Below are positions 1 to 12,600 of a stretch of 64,000 nucleotides of DNA, one piece after another. This DNA comes from Eledone cirrhosa. Its lineage: Eukaryota. The stretch is taken from contig OZ024744.1 of NCBI GenBank assembly GCA_964016885.1, positions 3,224,001 to 3,288,000 on the forward strand, in the 5' to 3' direction. How positions within the stretch are numbered: the first letter of the stretch is position 1; each line of letters starts with the position of its first letter. The notes under the pieces are model-generated. The model had not been told where the DNA came from. It did not search any database and worked only from the letters and a program-made list of their open reading frames with translations. The position numbers and the translations under genes are program-made.

Positions 1-1199
1 AAGATAAGGTAGAGAAAGATAGCTTGGTGAAGAACGAAGTTTTGGGGAAGACAATGTAGAGAAAGATAGCTTGGTGAAGAACGAAGATTTGGGGGAAGAC
101 AAGGTAGAGAAAGATAGCTTGGTGAAGAACGAAGTTTTGGGAGAAGACAAGGTAGAGAAAGATAGCTTGGTGAAGAACGAAGTTTTGGGGGAAGACAAGG
201 TAGAGAAAGATAGCTTGGTGAAGAACGACGTTTTGTGGGAAGACAAGGTAGAGAAAGATAGCTTGGTGAAGAACGAAGTTTTGGTGGAAGACAAGGTAGA
301 GAAAGATAGCTTGGTGAAGAACGAAGTTTTGGGGGAAGACAAGGTAGAGAAAGATAGCTTGGTGAAGAACGAAGTTTTGGGGGAAGACAAGGTAGAGAAA
401 GATAGCTTGGTGAAGAACGAAGTTTTGTGGAAGACAATGTAGAGAAAGATAGCTTGGTGAAGAACGAAGTTTTGGGGGAAGACATGGTAGAGAAAGATAG
501 CTTGGTGAATAACGAAGTTTTGGGAGAAGACAAGGTAGAGAAAGATAGCTTGGTGAAGAACGAAGTTTTGAGGGAAGACAAGGTAGAGAAAGATAGCTTG
601 GTGAAGAACGACGTTTTGTGGGGAGACAAGGTAGAGAAAGATAGCTTGGTGAAGAACGAAGTTTTGGGGGAAGACAAGGTAGAGAAAGATAGCTTGGTGA
701 AGAACGAAGTTTTGGGGGAAGACAAGGTAGAGAAAGATAGCTTGGTGAAGAACGAAGTTTTGGGGGAAGACAAGGTAGAGAAAGATAGCTTGGTGAAGAA
801 CGAAGTTTTGGGGAAGACAATGTAGAGAAAGATAGCTTGGTGAAGAACGAAGTTTTGGGGGAAGACAAGGTAGAGAAAGATAGCTTGGTGAAGAACGAAG
901 TTTTGAGGGAAGACAAGGTAGAGAAAGATAGCTTGGTGAATAACAAAGTTTTGGGAGAAGACAAGGTCGAGAAAGATAGCTTGGTGAAGAACGAAGTTTT
1001 GAGGGTAGACAAGGTAGAGAAAGATAGCTTGGTGAAGAACGACGTTTTGAGGGAAGACAAGATAGAGAAAGATAGCTTGGTGAAGAACGACGTTTTGCGG
1101 GAAGACAAGGTAGAGAAAGATAGCTTGGTGAAGAACGAAGTTTTGTGGGAAGACAAGGTAGAGAAAGATAGCTTGGTGAAGAACGAAGTTTTGGGGGAA

Positions 1200-4100
1200 G
1201 ACAAGGTAGAGAAAGATAGCTTGGTGAAGAACGAAGTTTTGGGGGAAATCAAGGTAGAGAATAATAGTTTGGTGAAGAACGAAGATTTGGGGGAAGACAA
1301 GGTAGAGAAAGATAGCTTGGTGAAGAACGACGTTTTGAGGGAAGACAAGGTAGAGAAAGATAGCTTGGTGAAGAACGAAGTTTTGGGGAAGACAATGTAG
1401 AGAAAGATAGCTTGGTGAAGAACGAAATTTTGGGGGAAGACAAGGTAGAGAAAGATAGCTTGGTGAAGAACGAAGTTTTGAGGGAAGACAAGGTAGAGAA
1501 AGATAGCTTGGTGAAAAACGACGTTTTGAGGGAAGACAAGGTAGATAAAGATAGCTTGGTGAAGAACGACGTTTTGTGGGAAGACAAGGTGGAGAAAGAT
1601 AGCTTGGTGAAGAACGAAGTTTTGGGGGAAGACAAGGTAGAGAAAGATAGCTTGGTGAAGAACGAAGTTTTGGGGGAAGACAAGGTAGAGAAAGATAGCT
1701 TGGTGAAGAACGAAGTTTTGGGGGAAGACAAGGTAGAGAAAGATAGCTTGGTGAAGAACGAAGTTTTGGGGGAAGACAAGGTAGAGAAAGATAGCTTGGT
1801 GAAGAACGAAGTTTTGAGGGAAGGCAATGTAGAGAAAGATAGCTTGGTGAATAACAAAGTTTTGGGAGAAGACAAGGTCGAGAAAGATAGCTTGGTGAAT
1901 AACGAAGTTTTGAGGGTAGACAAGGTAGAGAAAGATAGCTTGGTGAAGAACGACGTTTTGAGGGAAGACAAGATAGAGAAAGATAGCTTGGTGAAGAACG
2001 ACGTTTTGTGGGAAGACAAGGTAGAGAAAGATAGCTTGGTGAAGAACGAAGTTTTGTGGGAAGACAAGGTAGAGAAAGATAGCTTGGTGAAGAACGAAGT
2101 TTTGGGGGAAGACAAGGTAGAGAAAGATAGCTTGGTGAAGAACGAAGTTTTGAGGGAAGACAAGGTAGAGAAAGATAGCTTGGTGAAGAACGACGTTTTG
2201 AGGGAAGACAAGATAGAGAAAGATAGCTTGGTGAAGAACGACGTTTTGTGGGAAGACAAGGTAGAGAAAGATAGCTTGGTGAAGAACGAAGTTTTGAGGG
2301 AAGACAAGGTAGAGAAAGATAGCTTGGTGAATAACGAAGTTTTGGGAGAAGACAAGGTGGAGAAAGATAGCTTGGTGAAGAACGAAGTTTTGAGGGAAGA
2401 CAAGGTAGAGAAAGATAGCTTGGTGAAGAACGACGTTTTGTGGGAAGACAAGGTAGAGAAAGATAGCTTGGTGAAGAACGAAGTTTTGGGGGAAGACAAG
2501 GTAGAGAAAGATAGCTCGGTGAAGAACGAAGTTTTGGGGGAAGATAAGGTAGAGAAAGATAGCTTGGTGAAGAACGAAGTTTTGGGGAAGACAATGTAGA
2601 GAAAGATAGCTTGGTGAAGAACGAAGATTTGGGGGAAGACAAGGTAGAGAAAGATAGCTGGTGAAGAACGAAGTTTTGGGAGAAGACAAGGTAGAGAAAG
2701 ATAGCTTGGTGAAGAACGAAATTTTGAGGGAAGACAAGGTAGAGAAAGATAGCTTGGTGAAGAACGACGTTTTGAGGGAAGACAAGGTAGAGAAAGATAG
2801 CTTGGTGAAGAACGACGTTTTGTGGGAAGACAAGGTAGAGAAAGATAGCTTGGTGAAGAACGAAGTTTTGGGGGAAGACAAGGTAGAGAAAGATAGCTTG
2901 GTGAATAACGAAGTTTTGGGAGAAGACAAGGTCGAGAAAGATAGCTTAGTGAAGAACGAAATTTTGAGGGAAGACAAGGTAGAAAAAGATAGCTTGGTGA
3001 AGAACGACGTTTTGAGGGAAGACAAGATAGAGAAAGATAGCTTGGTGAAGAACGACGTTTTGTGGGAAGACAAGGTAGAGAAAGATAGCTTGCTGAAGAA
3101 CGAAGTTTTGAGGGAAGACAAGGTAGAGAAAGATAGCTTGGTGAATAACGAAGTTTTGGGAGAAGACAAGGTGGAGAAAGATAGCTTCGTGAAGAACGAA
3201 GTTTTGAGGGAAGACAAGGTAGAGAAAGATAGCTTGGTGAAGAACGACGTTTTGTGGGAAGACAAGGTAGAGAAAGATAGCTTGGTGAAGAACGAAGTTT
3301 TGGGGGAAGACAAGGTAGAGAAAGATAGCTTGGTGAAGAACGAAGTTTTGGGGGAAGATAAGGTAGAGAAAGATAGCTTGGTGAAGAACGAAGTTTTGGG
3401 GAAGACAATGTAGAGAAAGATAGCTTGGTGAAGAACGAAGATTTGGGGGAAGACAAGGTAGAGAAAGATAGCTTGTTGAAGAACGAAGTTTTGGGAGAAG
3501 ACAAGGTAGAGAAAGATAGCTTGGTGAAGAACGAAGTTTTGAGGGAAGACAAGGTAGAGAAAGATAGCTTGGTGAAGAACGACGTTTTGTGGGGAGACAA
3601 GGTAGAGAAAGATAGCTTGGTGAAGAACGAAGTTTTGGGGGAAGACAAGGTAGAGAAAGATAGCTTGGTGAAGAACGAAGTTTTGGGGGAAGACAAGGTA
3701 GAGAAAGATAGCTTGGTGAAGAACGAAGTTTTGGGGGAAGACAAGGTAGAGAAAGATAGCTTGGTGAAGAACGAAGTTTTGGGGAAGACAATGTAGAGAA
3801 AGATAGCTTGGTGAAGAACGAAGTTTTGGGGGAAGACAAGGTAGAGAAAGATAGCTTGGTGAAGAACGAAGTTTTGAGGGAAGACAAGGTAGAGAAAGAT
3901 AGCTTGGTGAATAACAAAGTTTTGGGAGAAGACAAGGTCGAGAAAGATAGCTTGGTGAAGAACGAAGTTTTGAGGGTAGACAAGGTAGAGAAAGATAGCT
4001 TGGTGAAGAACGACGTTTTGAGGGAAGACAAGATAGAGAAAGATAGCTTGGTGAAGAACGACGTTTTGCGGGAAGACAAGGTAGAGAAAGATAGCTTGGT

Positions 4101-6570
4101 GAAGAACGAAGTTTTGTGGGAAGACAAGGTAGAGAAAGATAGCTTGGTGAAGAACGAAGTTTTGGGGGAAGACAAGGTAGAGAAAGATAGCTTGGTGAAG
4201 AACGAAGTTTTGGGGGAAGACAAGGTAGAGAAAGATAGCTTGGTGAAGAACGAAGTTTTGGGGGAAATCAAGGTAGAGAATAATAGTTTGGTGAAGAACG
4301 AAGATTTGGGGGAAGACAAGGTAGAGAAAGATAGCTTGGTGAAGAACGACGTTTTGAGGGAAGACAAGGTAGAGAAAGATAGCTTGGTGAAGAACGAAGT
4401 TTTGGGGAAGACAATGTAGAGAAAGATAGCTTGGTGAAGAAAGAAATTTTGGGGGAAGACAAGGTAGAGAAAGATAGCTTGGTGAAGAACGAAGTTTTGA
4501 GGGAAGACAAGGTAGAGAAAGATAGCTTGGTGAAAAACGACGTTTTGAGGGAAGACAAGGTAGATAAAGATAGCTTGGTGAAGAACGACGTTTTGTGGGA
4601 AGACAAGGTGGAGAAAGATAGCTTGGTGAAGAACGAAGTTTTGGGGGAAGACAAGGTAGAGAAAGATAGCTTGGTGAAGAACGAAGTTTTGGGGGAAGAC
4701 AAGGTAGAGAAAGATAGCTTGGTGAAGAACGAAGTTTTGGGGGAAGACAAGGTAGAGAAAGATAGCTTGGTGAAGAACGAAGTTTTGGGGGAAGACAAGG
4801 TAGAGAAAGATAGCTTGGTGAAGAACGAAGTTTTGAGGGAAGGCAATGTAGAGAAAGATAGCTTGGTGAATAACAAAGTTTTGGGAGAAGACAAGGTCGA
4901 GAAAGATAGCTTGGTGAATAACGAAGTTTTGAGGGTAGACAAGGTAGAGAAAGATAGCTTGGTGAAGAACGACGTTTTGAGGGAAGACAAGATAGAGAAA
5001 GATAGCTTGGTGAAGAACGACGTTTTGTGGGAAGACAAGGTAGAGAAAGATAGCTTGGTGAAGAACGAAGTGTTGTGGGAAGACAAGGTAGAGAAAGATA
5101 GCTTGGTGAAGAACGAAGTTTTGGGGGAAGACAAGGTAGAGAAAGATAGCTTGGTGAAGAACGAAGTTTTGAGGGAAGACAAGGTAGAGAAAGATAGCTT
5201 GGTGAAGAACGACGTTTTGAGGGAAGACAAGATAGAGAAAGATAGCTTGGTGAAGAACGACGTTTTGTGGGAAGACAAGGTAGAGAAAGATAGCTTGGTG
5301 AAGAACGAAGTTTTGAGGGAAGACAAGGTAGAGAAAGATAGCTTGGTGAATAACGAAGTTTTGGGAGAAGACAAGGTGGAGAAAGATAGCTTGGTGAAGA
5401 ACGAAGTTTTGAGGGAAGACAAGGTAGAGAAAGATAGCTTGGTGAAGAACGACGTTTTGTGGGAAGACAAGGTAGAGAAAGATAGCTTGGTGAAGAACGA
5501 AGTTTTGGGGGAAGACAAGGTAGAGAAAGATAGCTCGGTGAAGAACGAAGTTTTGGGGGAAGATAAGGTAGAGAAAGATAGCTTGGTGAAGAACGAAGTT
5601 TTGGGGAAGACAATGTAGAGAAAGATAGCTTGGTGAAGAACGAAGATTTGGGGGAAGACAAGGTAGAGAAAGATAGCTGGTGAAGAACGAAGTTTTGGGA
5701 GAAGACAAGGTAGAGAAAGATAGCTTGGTGAAGAACGAAATTTTGAGGGAAGACAAGGTAGAGAAAGATAGCTTGGTGAAGAACGACGTTTTGAGGGAAG
5801 ACAAGGTAGAGAAAGATAGCTTGGTGAAGAACGACGTTTTGTGGGAAGACAAGGTAGAGAAAGATAGCTTGGTGAAGAACGAAGTTTTGGGGGAAGACAA
5901 GGTAGAGAAAGATAGCTTGGTGAATAACGAAGTTTTGGGAGAAGACAAGGTCGAGAAAGATAGCTTAGTGAAGAACGAAATTTTGAGGGAAGACAAGGTA
6001 GAAAAAGATAGCTTGGTGAAGAACGACGTTTTGAGGGAAGACAAGATAGAGAAAGATAGCTTGGTGAAGAACGACGTTTTGTGGGAAGACAAGGTAGAGA
6101 AAGATAGCTTGCTGAAGAACGAAGTTTTGAGGGAAGACAAGGTAGAGAAAGATAGCTTGGTGAATAACGAAGTTTTGGGAGAAGACAAGGTGGAGAAAGA
6201 TAGCTTCGTGAAGAACGAAGTTTTGAGGGAAGACAAGGTAGAGAAAGATAGCTTGGTGAAGAACGACGTTTTGTGGGAAGACAAGGTAGAGAAAGATAGC
6301 TTGGTGAAGAACGAAGTTTTGGGGGAAGACAAGGTAGAGAAAGATAGCTTGGTGAAGAACGAAGTTTTGGGGGAAGATAAGGTAGAGAAAGATAGCTTGG
6401 TGAAGAACGAAATTTTGGGGAAGACAATGTAGAGAAAGATAGCTTGGTGAAGAACGAAGATTTGGGGGAAGACAAGGTAGAGAAAGATAGCTTGGTGAAG
6501 AACGAAGTTTTGGGAGAAGACAAGGTAGAGAAAGATAGCTTGGTGAAGAACGAAGTTTTGAGGGAAGACA
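1200..6570. repeat. Higher-order tandem duplication, period 3019 bp (63 monomers, 5 of them 47 bp)
   Basis: ORFs 1412..2599/4431..5618 and 2661..3413/5680..6432 are offset by exactly 3019. Rare markers (GCTCGGT, GATAGCTGGTG, GCTTAGTG, GCTTGCTG, GCTTCGTG) recur at the same offset. Boundaries approximate. Confidence 0.9.
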
Positions 6571-9500
6571 AGGTAGAGAAAGATAGCTTGGTGAAGAACG
6601 ACGTTTTGAGGGAAGACAAGGTAGAGAAAGATAGCTTGGTGAAGAACGACGTTTTGTGGGAAGACAAGGTAGAGAAAGATAGCTTGGTGAAGAACGAAGT
6701 TTTGGGGGAAGACAAGGTAGAGAAAGATAGCTTGGTGAAGAACGAAGTTTTGGGGGAAGACAAGGTAGAGAAAGATAGCTTGGTGAAGAACGAAGTTTTG
6801 GGGGAAGACAAGGTAGAGAAAGATAGCTTGGTGAAGAACGAAGTTTTGTGGAAGACAATGTAGAGAAAGATAGCTTGGTGAAGAACGAAGTTTTGGGGGA
6901 AGACATGGTAGAGAAAGATAGCTTGGTGAATAACGAAGTTTTGGGAGAAGACAAGGTAGAGAAAGATAGCTTGGTGAAGAACGAAGTTTTGAGGGAAGAC
7001 AAGGTAGAGAAAGATAGCTTGGTGAAGAACGACGTTTTGTGGGGAGACAAGGTAGAGAAAGATAGCTTGGTGAAGAACGAAGTTTTGGGGGAAGACAAGG
7101 TAGAGAAAGATAGCTTGGTGAAGAACGAAGTTTTGGGGGAAGACAAGGTAGAGAAAGAGAGCTTGGTGAAGAACGAAGTTTTGGGGGAAGACAAGGTAGA
7201 GAAAGATAGCTTGGTGAAGAACGAAGTTTTGGGGAAGACAATGTAGAGAAAGATAGCTTGGTGAAGAACGAAGTTTTGGGGGAAGACAAGGTAGAGAAAG
7301 ATAGCTTGGTGAAGAACGAAGTTTTGAGGGAAGACAAGGTAGAGAAAGATAGCTTGGTGAATAACAAAGTTTTGGGAGAAGACAAGGTCGAGAAAGATAG
7401 CTTGGTGAAGAACGAAGTTTTGAGGGTAGACAAGGTAGAGAAAGATAGCTTGGTGAAGAACGACGTTTTGAGGGAAGACAAGATAGAGAAAGATAGCTTG
7501 GTGAAGAACGACGTTTTGCGGGAAGACAAGGTAGAGAAAGATAGCTTGGTGAAGAACGAAGTTTTGTGGGAAGACAAGGTAGAGAAAGATAGCTTGGTGA
7601 AGAACGAAGTTTTGGGGGAAGACAAGGTAGAGAAAGATAGCTTGGTGAAGAACGAAGTTTTGGGGGAAGACAAGGTAGAGAAAGATAGCTTGGTGAAGAA
7701 CGAAGTTTTGGGGGAAATCAAGGTAGAGAATAATAGTTTGGTGAAGAACGAAGATTTGGGGGAAGACAAGGTAGAGAAAGATAGCTTGGTGAAGAACGAC
7801 GTTTTGAGGGAAGACAAGGTAGAGAAAGATAGCTTGGTGAAGAACGAAGTTTTGGGGAAGACAATGTAGAGAAAGATAGCTTGGTGAAGAACGAAATTTT
7901 GGGAGAAGACAAGGTAGAGAAAGATAGCTTGGTGAAGAACGAAGTTTTGAGGGAAGACAAGGTAGAGAAAGATAGCTTGGTGAAAAACGACGTTTTGAGG
8001 GAAGACAAGGTAGAGAAAGATAGCTTGGTGAAGAACGAAGTTTTGAGGGAAGGCAATGTAGAGAAAGATAGCTTGGTGAATAACAAAGTTTTGTGGGAAG
8101 ACAAGGTAGAGAAAGATAGCTTGGTGAAGAACGAAGTTTTGAGGGAAGACAAGATAGAGAAAGATAGCTTGGTGAATAACGAAGTTTTGGGAGAAGACAA
8201 GGTGGAGAAAGATAGCTTGGTGAAGAACGAAGTTTTGGGGGAAGACAAGGTAGAGAAAGATAGCTTGGTGAAGAACGAAGTTTTGGGGGAAGACAAGGTA
8301 GAGAAAGATAGCTTGGTGAAGAACGAAGTTTTGGGGGAAGACAAGGTAGAGAAAGATAGCTTGGTGAAGAACGAAGTTTTGGGGGAAGACAAGGTAGAGA
8401 AAGATAGCTTGGTGAAGAACGAAGTTTTGAGGGAAGGCAATGTAGAGAAAGATAGCTTGGTGAATAACAAAGTTTTGGGAGAAGACAAGGTCGAGAAAGA
8501 TAGCTTGGTGAATAACGAAGTTTTGAGGGTAGACAAGGTAGAGAAAGATAGCTTGGTGAAGAACGACGTTTTGAGGGAAGACAAGATAGAGAAAGATAGC
8601 TTGGTGAAGAACGACGTTTTGTGGGAAGACAAGGTAGAGAAAGATAGCTTGGTGAAGAACGAAGTTTTGTGGGAAGACAAGGTAGAGAAAGATAGCTTGG
8701 TGAAGAACGAAGTTTTGGGGGAAGACAAGGTAGAGAAAGATAGCTTGGTGAAGAACGAAGTTTTGAGGGAAGACAAGGTAGAGAAAGATAGCTTGGTGAA
8801 GAACGACGTTTTGAGGGAAGACAAGATAGAGAAAGATAGCTTGGTGAAGAACGACGTTTTGTGGGAAGACAAGGTAGAGAAAGATAGCTTGGTGAAGAAC
8901 GAAGTTTTGAGGGAAGACAAGGTAGAGAAAGATAGCTTGGTGAATAACGAAGTTTTGGGAGAAGACAAGGTGGAGAAAGATAGCTTGGTGAAGAACGAAG
9001 TTTTGAGGGAAGACAAGGTAGAGAAAGATAGCTTGGTGAAGAACGACGTTTTGTGGGAAGACAAGGTAGAGAAAGATAGCTTGGTGAAGAACGAAGTTTT
9101 GGGGGAAGACAAGGTAGAGAAAGATAGCTCGGTGAAGAACGAAGTTTTGGGGGAAGATAAGGTAGAGAAAGATAGCTTGGTGAAGAACGAAGTTTTGGGG
9201 AAGACAATGTAGAGAAAGATAGCTTGGTGAAGAACGAAGATTTGGGGGAAGACAAGGTAGAGAAAGATAGCTGGTGAAGAACGAAGTTTTGGGAGAAGAC
9301 AAGGTAGAGAAAGATAGCTTGGTGAAGAACGAAGTTTTGAGGGAAGACAAGGTAGAGAAAGATAGCTTGGTGAAGAACGACGTTTTGAGGGAAGACAAGG
9401 TAGAGAAAGATAGCTTGGTGAAGAACGACGTTTTGTGGGAAGACAAGGTAGAGAAAGATAGCTTGGTGAAGAACGAAGTTTTGGGGGAAGACAAGGTAGA

Positions 9501-9699
9501 GAAAGATAGCTTGGTGAAGAACGAAGTTTTGGGGGAAGACAAGGTAGAGAAAGATAGCTTGGTGAAGAACGAAGTTTTGGGGGAAGACAAGGTAGAGAAA
9601 GATAGCTTGGTGAAGAACGAAGTTTTGGGGGAAGATAAGGTAGAGAAAGATAGCTTGGTGAAGAACGAAGTTTTGGGGAAGACAATGTAGAGAAAGATA

Positions 9700-12600
9700 G
9701 CTTGGTGAAGAACGAAGTTTTGGGGGAAGACAAGGTAGAGAAAGATAGCTTGGTGAAGAACGAAGTTTTGAGGGAAGACAAGGTAGAGAAAGATAGCTTG
9801 GTGAATAACAAAGTTTTGGGAGAAGACAAGGTCGAGAAAGATAGCTTGGTGAAGAACGAAGTTTTGAGGGTAGACAAGGTAGAGAAAGATAGCTTGGTGA
9901 AGAACGACGTTTTGAGGGAAGACAAGATAGAGAAAGATAGCTTGGTGAAGAACGACGTTTTGTGGGAAGACAAGGTAGAGAAAGATAGCTTGGTGAAGAA
10001 CGAAGTTTTGTGGGAAGACAAGGTAGAGAAAGATAGCTTGGTGAAGAACGAAGTTTTGGGGGAAATCAAGGTAGAGAATAATAGTTTGGTGAAGAACGAA
10101 GTTTTGGGGGAAGACAAGGTAGAGAAAGATAGCTTGGTGAAGAACGACGTTTTGAGGGAAGACAAGGTAGAGAAAGATAGCTTGGTGAAGAACGAAGTTT
10201 TGGGGAAGACAATGTAGAGAAAGATAGCTTGGTGAAGAACGAAATTTTGGGGGAAGACAAGGTAGAGAAAGATAGCTTGGTGAAGAACGAAGTTTTGGGA
10301 GAAGACAAGGTAGAGAAAGATAGCTTGGTGAAGAACGAAGTTTTGAGGGTAGACAAGGTAGAGAAAGATAGCTTGGTGAAGAACGACGTTTTGAGGGAAG
10401 ACAAGGTAGAGAAAGTTAGCTTGGTGAAGAACGACGTTTTGTGGGAAGACAAGGTGGAGAAAGATAGCTTGGTGAAGAACGAAGTTTTGGGGGAAGACAA
10501 GGTAGAGAAAGATAGCTTGGTGAAGAACGAAGTTTTGGGGGAAGACAAGGTAGAGAAAGATAGCTTGGTGAAGAACGAAGTTTTGGGGGAAGACAAGGTA
10601 GAGAAAGATAGCTTGGTGAAGAACGAAGTTTTGGGGGAAGACAAGGTAGAGAAAGATAGCTTGGTGAAGAACGAAGTTTTGAGGGAAGGCAATGTAGAGA
10701 AAGATAGCTTGGTGAATAACAAAGTTTTGGGAGAAGACAAGGTCGAGAAAGATAGCTTGGTGAAGAACGAAGTTTTGGGGGAAATCAAGGTAGAGAATAA
10801 TAGTTTGGTGAAGAACGAAGTTTTGGGGGAAGACAAGGTAGAGAAAGATAGCTTGGTGAAGAACGACGTTTTGAGGGAAGACAAGGTAGAGAAAGATAGC
10901 TTGGTGAAGAACGACGTTTTGTGGGAAGACAAGGTAGAGAAAGATAGCTTGGTGAAGAACGAAGTTTTGGGGAAAGACAAGGTAGAGAAATATAGCTTGG
11001 TGAAGAACGAAGTTTTGGGGGAAGACAAGGTAGAGAAAGATAGCTTGGTGAAGAACGAAGTTTTGGGGGAAGACAAGGTAGAGACAGATAGCTTGGTGAA
11101 GAACGAAGTTTTGGGGAAGACAATGTAGAGAAAGATAGCTTGGTGAAGAACGAAGTTCTGGGGGAAGACAAGGTAGAGAAAGATAGCTTGGTGAATAACA
11201 AAGTTTTGGGAGAAGACAAGGTAGAGAAAGATAGCTTGGTGAATAACGAAGTTTTGGGAGAAGACAAGGTGGAGAAAGATAGCTTGGTGAAGAACGAAGT
11301 TTTGAGGGAAGACAAGGTAGAGAAAGATAGCTTGGTGAAGAACGACGTTTTGTGGGAAGACAAGGTAGAGAAAGATAGCTTGGTGAAGAACGAAGTTTTG
11401 GGGGAAGACAAGGTAGAGAAAGATAGCTCGGTGAAGAACGAAGTTTTGGGGGAAGATAAGGTAGAGAAAGATAGCTTGGTGAAGAACGAAGTTTTCGGGA
11501 AGACAATGTAGAGAAAGATAGCTTGGTGAAGAACGAAGATTTGGGGGAAGACAAGGTAGAGAAAGATAGCTGGTGAAGAACGAAGTTTTGGGAGAAGACA
11601 AGGTAGAGAAAGATAGCTTGGTGAAGAACGAAATTTTGAGGGAAGACAAGGTAGAGAAAGATAGCTTGGTGAAGAACGACGTTTTGAGGGAAGACAAGGT
11701 AGAGAAAGATAGCTTGGTGAAGAACGACGTTTTGTGGGAAGACAAGGTAGAGAAAGATAGCTTGGTGAAGAACGAAGTTTTGGGGGAAGACAAGGTAGAG
11801 AAAGATAGCTTGGTGAAGAACGAAGTTTTGGGGGAAGACAAGGTAGAGAAAGATAGCTTGGTGAAGAACGAAGTTTTGGGGGAAGACAAGGTAGAGAAAG
11901 ATAGCTTGGTGAAGAACGAAGTTTTGTGGAAGACAATGTAGAGAAAGATAGCTTGGTGAAGAACGAAGTTTTGGGGGAAGACAAGGTAGAGAAAGATAGC
12001 TTGGTGAATAACGAAGTTTTGGGAGAAGACAAGGTAGAGAAAGATAGCTTGGTGAAGAACGAAGTTTTGAGGGAAGACAAGGTAGAGAAAGATAGCTTGG
12101 TGAAGAACGACGTTTTGTGGGAAGACAAGGTAGAGAAAGATAGCTTGGTGAAGAACGAAGTTTTGGGGGAAGACAAGGTAGAGAAAGATAGCTTGGTGAA
12201 GAACGAAGTTTTGGGGGAAGACAAGGTAGAGAAAGATAGCTTGGTGAAGAACGAAGTTTTGGGGAAGACAATGTAGAGAAAGATAGCTTGGTGAAGAACG
12301 AAGTTTTGGGGGAAGACAAGGTAGAGAAAGATAGCTTGGTGAAGAACGAAGTTTTGAGGGGAAACAAGGTAGAGAAAGATAGCTTGGTGAATAACAAAGT
12401 TTTGGGAGAAGACAAGGTCGAGAAAGATAGCTTGGTGAAGAACGAAGTTTTGAGGGTAGACAAGGTAGAGAAAGATAGCTTGGTGAAGAACGACGTTTTG
12501 AGGGAAGACAAGATAGAGAAAGATAGCTTGGTGAAGAACGACGTTTTGTGGGAAGACAAGGTAGAGAAAGATAGCTTGGTGAAGAACGAAGTTTTGAGGG

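Noticed and set aside
805-825. Programmed ribosomal frameshift or phase-variation site at TTTTGGGGAAG joining the ORFs into one giant protein
   Set aside because: It is not a canonical X XXY YYZ slippery heptamer with a downstream structure. About 90 successive shifts plus in-frame TAG variants would be needed, and there is no gene context.
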